This document shows positions 59,910 through 64,000 of a stretch of 64,000 nt of DNA, one piece after another. The position numbers and the translations under genes are program-made. Position 1 is the first letter of the stretch. Each line of letters starts with the position of its first letter. A model generated the notes under the pieces. It was given only the letters and a program-made list of their open reading frames with translations, had not been told where the DNA came from and did no database searches. This stretch comes from an uncultured Verrucomicrobiae bacterium (GTDB lineage: Bacteria; Verrucomicrobiota; Verrucomicrobiia; Chthoniobacterales; JAFAMB01): the NCBI GenBank assembly GCA_963762565.1, contig CAVXLD010000012.1, forward strand, positions 128,001 to 192,000, read 5' to 3'.

Positions 59910-60473
59910 CTACCAAGAAAACATCCCCCGGCCAGCGACTGGCTCGGTTTTAAGAGTGGCGGGAGCGGTTTGAATCTTTTGACGCAACGCCAACAGCTCC
60001 TGGCGCGCCCTTTCGTATTGAGCTTTAAAGGCGTCTTTGGAGGTGTACGCGTTGGGCTGTTCGAGGTCCCAGGCCAGCGCACGGTCAATCGCGCTGACCA
60101 GAGCCTTGGAATCCCGGTCCACATGGGCGTAAATCGATTGGCCGACGCTATTTGTGAGCAGCCATAAATGGTATGTCTCGTCAGAGGTCTGGCCGTCTTT
60201 GCCGGTCGCTAATATCCAGGCTCGGTAACGAATCAAACCAACGTAATACCAGAAGGCGGCCTCATCCTTCTGGCCCTCACGATAGAGTTCAGTCGCTAGA
60301 GAAAAATAAGTGGCGGGCGGTTTATCGACGATCCCATCGGCTAGCTGTTGAATGGTTTGTGCGGCCTCCGGTTCCCGTGCCAGAGCGACTTGGCATAAGA
60401 CCACGGTGGCGGTTGCAAGAATAACAAGTTCTCGGTGCATAAAGGCGTCTGGGCGAAATTGAGGCTCCGCCAT
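59910..60473 (-). CDS. secreted hypothetical protein (helical)
   Basis: Signal-like segment and helical body (EAAFWYYVGLIRYR); directly follows the oxidoreductase. Confidence 0.65.
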   Translation of the reverse strand: MAEPQFRPDAFMHRELVILATATVVLCQVALAREPEAAQTIQQLADGIVDKPPATYFSLATELYREGQKDEAAFWYYVGLIRYRAWILATGKDGQTSDETYHLWLLTNSVGQSIYAHVDRDSKALVSAIDRALAWDLEQPNAYTSKDAFKAQYERARQELLALRQKIQTAPATLKTEPVAGRGMFSW

Positions 60474-60476
60474 TGC

Positions 60477-61574
60477 TTAGGAAGACTCTTTAATGGGGTG
60501 TATTATTCCGTCGGGCATCCGGTAGGCTTCGTAAATTTGCAACAACTCAAGCGCATCTTCGAGGGTTCCGTAAGCTGGGTCTTTCCCGTCCAACAATCGA
60601 GTGGTGAACTGAATCACCTCGGGAGCATAGCCTAGCAGAAAAAGGCCCTTGTTGTATAGCTGGCCCAGCGAGAACTCCGGTTCCCAGTAGAGTGGCGCAG
60701 AATCGTCCGTTATTGCGTCGAAATAATTACCGGCCCGGCCGTACGCGATTTTGCTTTTGGAACGCCGGTAATGAATCAAGCGAACGTTGTTTTCGACGAC
60801 CAGGTTTTCGCCGGCTCCAATAATCTCTAGTCGTTCCAGGAATGATGTAGACGATTGGCCGCTGCTCAGATGCAGGTTGCCGGCTGCACCGCTGGTGAAT
60901 CGGATCGAGACGGTTGCGGATCCGACTGCATTATTGCGGTTCACAAAAATCCATTCGATCGGCCCGCCAAGTAGACGCAGCACCGAGTGCGGATGAACGA
61001 TGTGATCCAGGAAACCAATCATTTTCTTTGGGTCACCTCGATCTTCTAACGGAGGTAGCGATTGCGGATAACGAGCCGTGATCGAAGTGATCGGACCGAA
61101 GTCCGGACGCCTGATAATCTCTTTTGCTTTCACGTTGGCCGGGAAAAACATCTTCTTAAGACCAACGCCGACCTGGCGCTTCGTTTCCGAACTCACTCGG
61201 ATCATTTCCCGGATCTCAGCCGAAGAGCTTGCAGGCGGTTTTTCAATCCAGACGTGTATGCCCGCCCGGAGACAATCGATGGCCAATTTCGGGTATCGCG
61301 GCCGTCCGTTTTCATCAACGTTGGTGACGATGAAGACGACATCCAATTCTTCCTTCCCCAACATCTGCATGTAATCCGTGTAATGGCGCTCCGCGCCGAA
61401 GACTTTCGCACAGGCGGCTGCCCGGACAGGATCGAGATCGCACACGGCGAGCAGGTTCACCGGAGCGTATTGAAAAGTCGGATAAATGTTTCGATAAGCG
61501 TGTCCGCCGCAGCCGATAAAACCGGTACGCAAGTGCTTTGGGTACTCGTAGTTATAAGTGACGGGCATAATCAC
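60477..61574 (-). CDS. Gfo/Idh/MocA family oxidoreductase
   Basis: GFIGCGG, AVCD and HVWIEKP. Confidence 0.88.
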   Translation of the reverse strand: MIMPVTYNYEYPKHLRTGFIGCGGHAYRNIYPTFQYAPVNLLAVCDLDPVRAAACAKVFGAERHYTDYMQMLGKEELDVVFIVTNVDENGRPRYPKLAIDCLRAGIHVWIEKPPASSSAEIREMIRVSSETKRQVGVGLKKMFFPANVKAKEIIRRPDFGPITSITARYPQSLPPLEDRGDPKKMIGFLDHIVHPHSVLRLLGGPIEWIFVNRNNAVGSATVSIRFTSGAAGNLHLSSGQSSTSFLERLEIIGAGENLVVENNVRLIHYRRSKSKIAYGRAGNYFDAITDDSAPLYWEPEFSLGQLYNKGLFLLGYAPEVIQFTTRLLDGKDPAYGTLEDALELLQIYEAYRMPDGIIHPIKESS

Positions 61575-61583
61575 GATCGGAAG

Positions 61584-61949
61584 CTATTCAGTCACGGTTT
61601 GACGGTCCGCTGATGAGAAAGCGATAAAAAGAACCGCGTCGGATTGGCCGATGTTGGTCGCGCAATGCCGGATGTTAGGCGGGATAACAACGGTATCGCC
61701 TTCACCCAACTCCGTTTCTTGATCTCCGGTGATAGTGTGTTTGATCCTGCCTTGAATCATCACCAGCGTTTCCGAGCAATTAGGGTGGTAGTGACGGCCG
61801 TTCGTGTGGCCTGGCTTCAGAATGCACCGGCCAACTGTCATATGGTCACTGTTGCCGATAGCCCGATTCGCGAACCAGGTGAGATTGCCCCAGTCAAATT
61901 CTTGCCGATGCGTTTTTCCGTATGGGAGGACTTGAATGTCGGTAGGCAT
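61584..61949 (-). CDS. cupin domain protein
   Basis: H.HPNCSE and GDTVVIPPNIRH cupin motifs. Confidence 0.88.
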   Translation of the reverse strand: MPTDIQVLPYGKTHRQEFDWGNLTWFANRAIGNSDHMTVGRCILKPGHTNGRHYHPNCSETLVMIQGRIKHTITGDQETELGEGDTVVIPPNIRHCATNIGQSDAVLFIAFSSADRQTVTE

Positions 61950-62220
61950 AGGAACGGATTTCTTAGACAGAAGGTAACGAAGGCAACGAAGATGAGAAAC
62001 CCTAAGATGATGGCTTATGCAGCGAGCTGTACTTCAGACGGTCCACTGCCACTAGCCAAATCAGTATCATCCGTAGCCTGGACGTGGTCACCGAAGCCGA
62101 AGTCGCACGGTTCAGTGAGCAAACACAGAATTTTACTTCCGAGCCTTATTAGAGATCGGTCCCGGTTCCCTATCATTCCCGTCGCCAACGCAGGCCTCAT
62201 CGTGCTATACTCCGGCCGTC

Positions 62221-63126
62221 GTGACCCGCGGGCTCCAGATCAGCTTTTCGATTTGTCTGTATTGCTTCTCTGCCTTGAACAGTTTCGCGCAGTCGCAATA
62301 TGAGAGCAGCACTGACTTTGCTAAATACGCCATAAAGCTGCGTGAAAGCGGTTTGCTCGTTATGCAGGGCAAGCAAAAGCCTCAAGTGGACCCTAAAACG
62401 CCTTCCAATGGAGGTCTTCGGGTCGAGAGTGCACCTCTCAGTAACCGGGTAAGCGGGGTTCAGGCCGACCCCGGGCGTTATCCTTGGCGGCTGAGCATCA
62501 TGACCACCATTTTCTGGATCGGTGAACGTCCAACAACCAATAATCCGGTACCGAACGACGCGAGCTCGTGGGACCCAAATTGGTCCTTTGATTACGGTGG
62601 CTACGATGATCCCGATCTCAACGTGCGTAAGAAATTTGTGCCGGTAGGTTTCTTCCCGCGACAGAACCCATTTTATGTCGCTCTGCCGTACAATGATGTA
62701 CAGGGCGGCCATACTAAACCTGAGGCGAAGGACGCAATTCCGTGGTTTAAAGAGACCTTTGTTCGCGACGGCCAATCGGTTCTCAAAGGTCATTGGCTAG
62801 CGATCCGGCACAATAACCGAATTTGTTACGCCCAATGGGAAGACTGCGGTCCCTTCTGCACCGATCACTGGCAATATGTATTTGGCAACGAACGGCCGAG
62901 ACCGAATCTGAACCAGAGTGCGGGCCTTGATGTTTCTCCGGCAGTAAGGGACTACCTTGGGCTGAGCAATCTAGACTCCTGCGACTGGAAATTCGTCGAT
63001 TTCCGTGAGGTGCCGCCGGGGCCGTGGGCAATGTACGGGGATAACAACAGTTTCGTTATTTTACGGCGCCAGAGCAACCAGCGGTTTGCGCCTAAGACGT
63101 TGTTGTCGGCCTCGCTGAGGAATTAA
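62221..63126 (+). CDS. secreted hypothetical protein with possible RlpA-like DPBB domain
   Basis: Signal peptide; YVALP...AQWEDCGP...GLDVSPAVRDYLG resembles the DPBB D.GP/DLS pattern. Confidence 0.7.
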   Translation: MTRGLQISFSICLYCFSALNSFAQSQYESSTDFAKYAIKLRESGLLVMQGKQKPQVDPKTPSNGGLRVESAPLSNRVSGVQADPGRYPWRLSIMTTIFWIGERPTTNNPVPNDASSWDPNWSFDYGGYDDPDLNVRKKFVPVGFFPRQNPFYVALPYNDVQGGHTKPEAKDAIPWFKETFVRDGQSVLKGHWLAIRHNNRICYAQWEDCGPFCTDHWQYVFGNERPRPNLNQSAGLDVSPAVRDYLGLSNLDSCDWKFVDFREVPPGPWAMYGDNNSFVILRRQSNQRFAPKTLLSASLRN

Positions 63127-63187
63127 GGCAGGCCGGCAAGCCGTGGAGCGTGCCTTTGCGCACGCGGCCCTGGTACACAGATCTAAC

Positions 63188-64000
63188 GTGCATCACGAAA
63201 TCGCCCTTATCTCGACCGTAGCCGTTGGATTGGTCTATGCTCTGATTGGCGGTTATATCGCCAGCCGTCTACGCCTTCCACCATTAGTTGGCTATCTTCT
63301 CGCAGGTATCGCGGTAGGGCCGTTTACACCTGGATTTGTAGCGGATGCCAAACTCGCCCCGCAACTGGCCGAGATCGGTGTCATCCTCCTGATGTTCGGT
63401 GTCGGGCTGCATTTTTCTGTGGGTGACCTGCTCGCCGTCCGGCGAGTCGCCGTTCCGGGCGCGCTGGTGCAGGTCATTGCCACTGTCGCTCTGACCTATG
63501 GCATAACCCGGATGTGGGGCTGGGGCCTCGGATCCGGCCTGGTTCTCGGACTCGCTCTTTCTGTGGCCAGCACGGTGGTACTACTCCGGGCTCTGGAATC
63601 GCAGGGACTTTTAAATTCGATCAGCGGGAAGATTTCGGTCGGCTGGCTCGTAGTCGAGGACCTGTTTACTGTACTTGTCCTGGTGCTATTGCCGGCGTTG
63701 GCCGCCTTACTGACAGGACAACCGGCTGACCCAGTTAGTCATTCTGAATCAGATCTGCTGGTAACGCTCGGGATTGCGCTAGCTAAACTGGCCGGATTCG
63801 TGCTTTTCATGCTCTTGATCGGCGCCCGCTTATTGCGCTGGCTGCTCAACCGGGTCGCTGCAACCGGTTCCAGAGAATTGTTCACTTTAGCTGTGGTGGC
63901 CGCTGCTATCGGTATCGGTTTCGGCGCTTCCGAGGGGTTCGGCCTTTCTTTTGCCCTGGGCGCCTTTTTCGCCGGTGTCATCGTCGGCGAGTGCGGTCAT
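63188..64000 (+). CDS. ybaL: CPA2 family cation:proton antiporter, 3'-truncated by the window edge
   Basis: Absent from the ORF track (no stop). Translation from GTG 63188: MHHEIALISTVAVGL...LPPLVGYLLAGIAVGPFTPGFVAD...LAEIGVILLMFGVGLHFS. Confidence 0.88.
   Translation, partial: MHHEIALISTVAVGLVYALIGGYIASRLRLPPLVGYLLAGIAVGPFTPGFVADAKLAPQLAEIGVILLMFGVGLHFSVGDLLAVRRVAVPGALVQVIATVALTYGITRMWGWGLGSGLVLGLALSVASTVVLLRALESQGLLNSISGKISVGWLVVEDLFTVLVLVLLPALAALLTGQPADPVSHSESDLLVTLGIALAKLAGFVLFMLLIGARLLRWLLNRVAATGSRELFTLAVVAAAIGIGFGASEGFGLSFALGAFFAGVIVGECGH

Noticed and set aside
61950..62220. Riboswitch or small gene between the cupin gene and the 62221 gene
   Set aside because: No recognisable motif or convincing ORF; only a short GAAGG[TC]AAC repeat.

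Overview
Bacterial chromosomal DNA of moderately high GC. Gene content and repeat style suggest a soil Verrucomicrobium (Chthoniobacterales-like); this is inference only. From left to right: (1) 1-7.6 kb, a co-oriented array of about ten secreted hypothetical proteins built from NHL repeats, a shared SPxG/D...W[SA]xDS module and LprI-like domains, partly frameshifted; (2) a Gfo/Idh/MocA oxidoreductase, a YhaM-like nuclease and a MarR-MFP-RND efflux operon; (3) mnmG with two perfect parS sites, the pdhA-pdhB-pdhC-lpdA operon, and an AT-rich region with DnaA-box-like 9-mers that may be oriC; (4) a methyltransferase, dGTPase, GldA/F/G-DUF4340 ABC module, acetoacetate-CoA ligase, M24 peptidase, miaB and sppA; (5) two tandem S53 sedolisin paralogues, one with Glu->Thr and Ser->Glu changes at the catalytic positions, followed by an ECF sigma factor and a Ser/Thr kinase; (6) a GT4 enzyme, NYN-LOTUS protein, S8 protease, DUF4202 protein, a decayed group II intron RT, sugar-utilisation genes and a partial ybaL. 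Intergenic DNA is dense with at least four REP/REPIN-like palindromic families. Their arms are conserved, but the loops hold length-conserved, highly divergent inserts (about 70 nt, or 30-32 nt), and one family nests inside other repeats. No rRNA, tRNA, CRISPR array or intact transposase was recognised.
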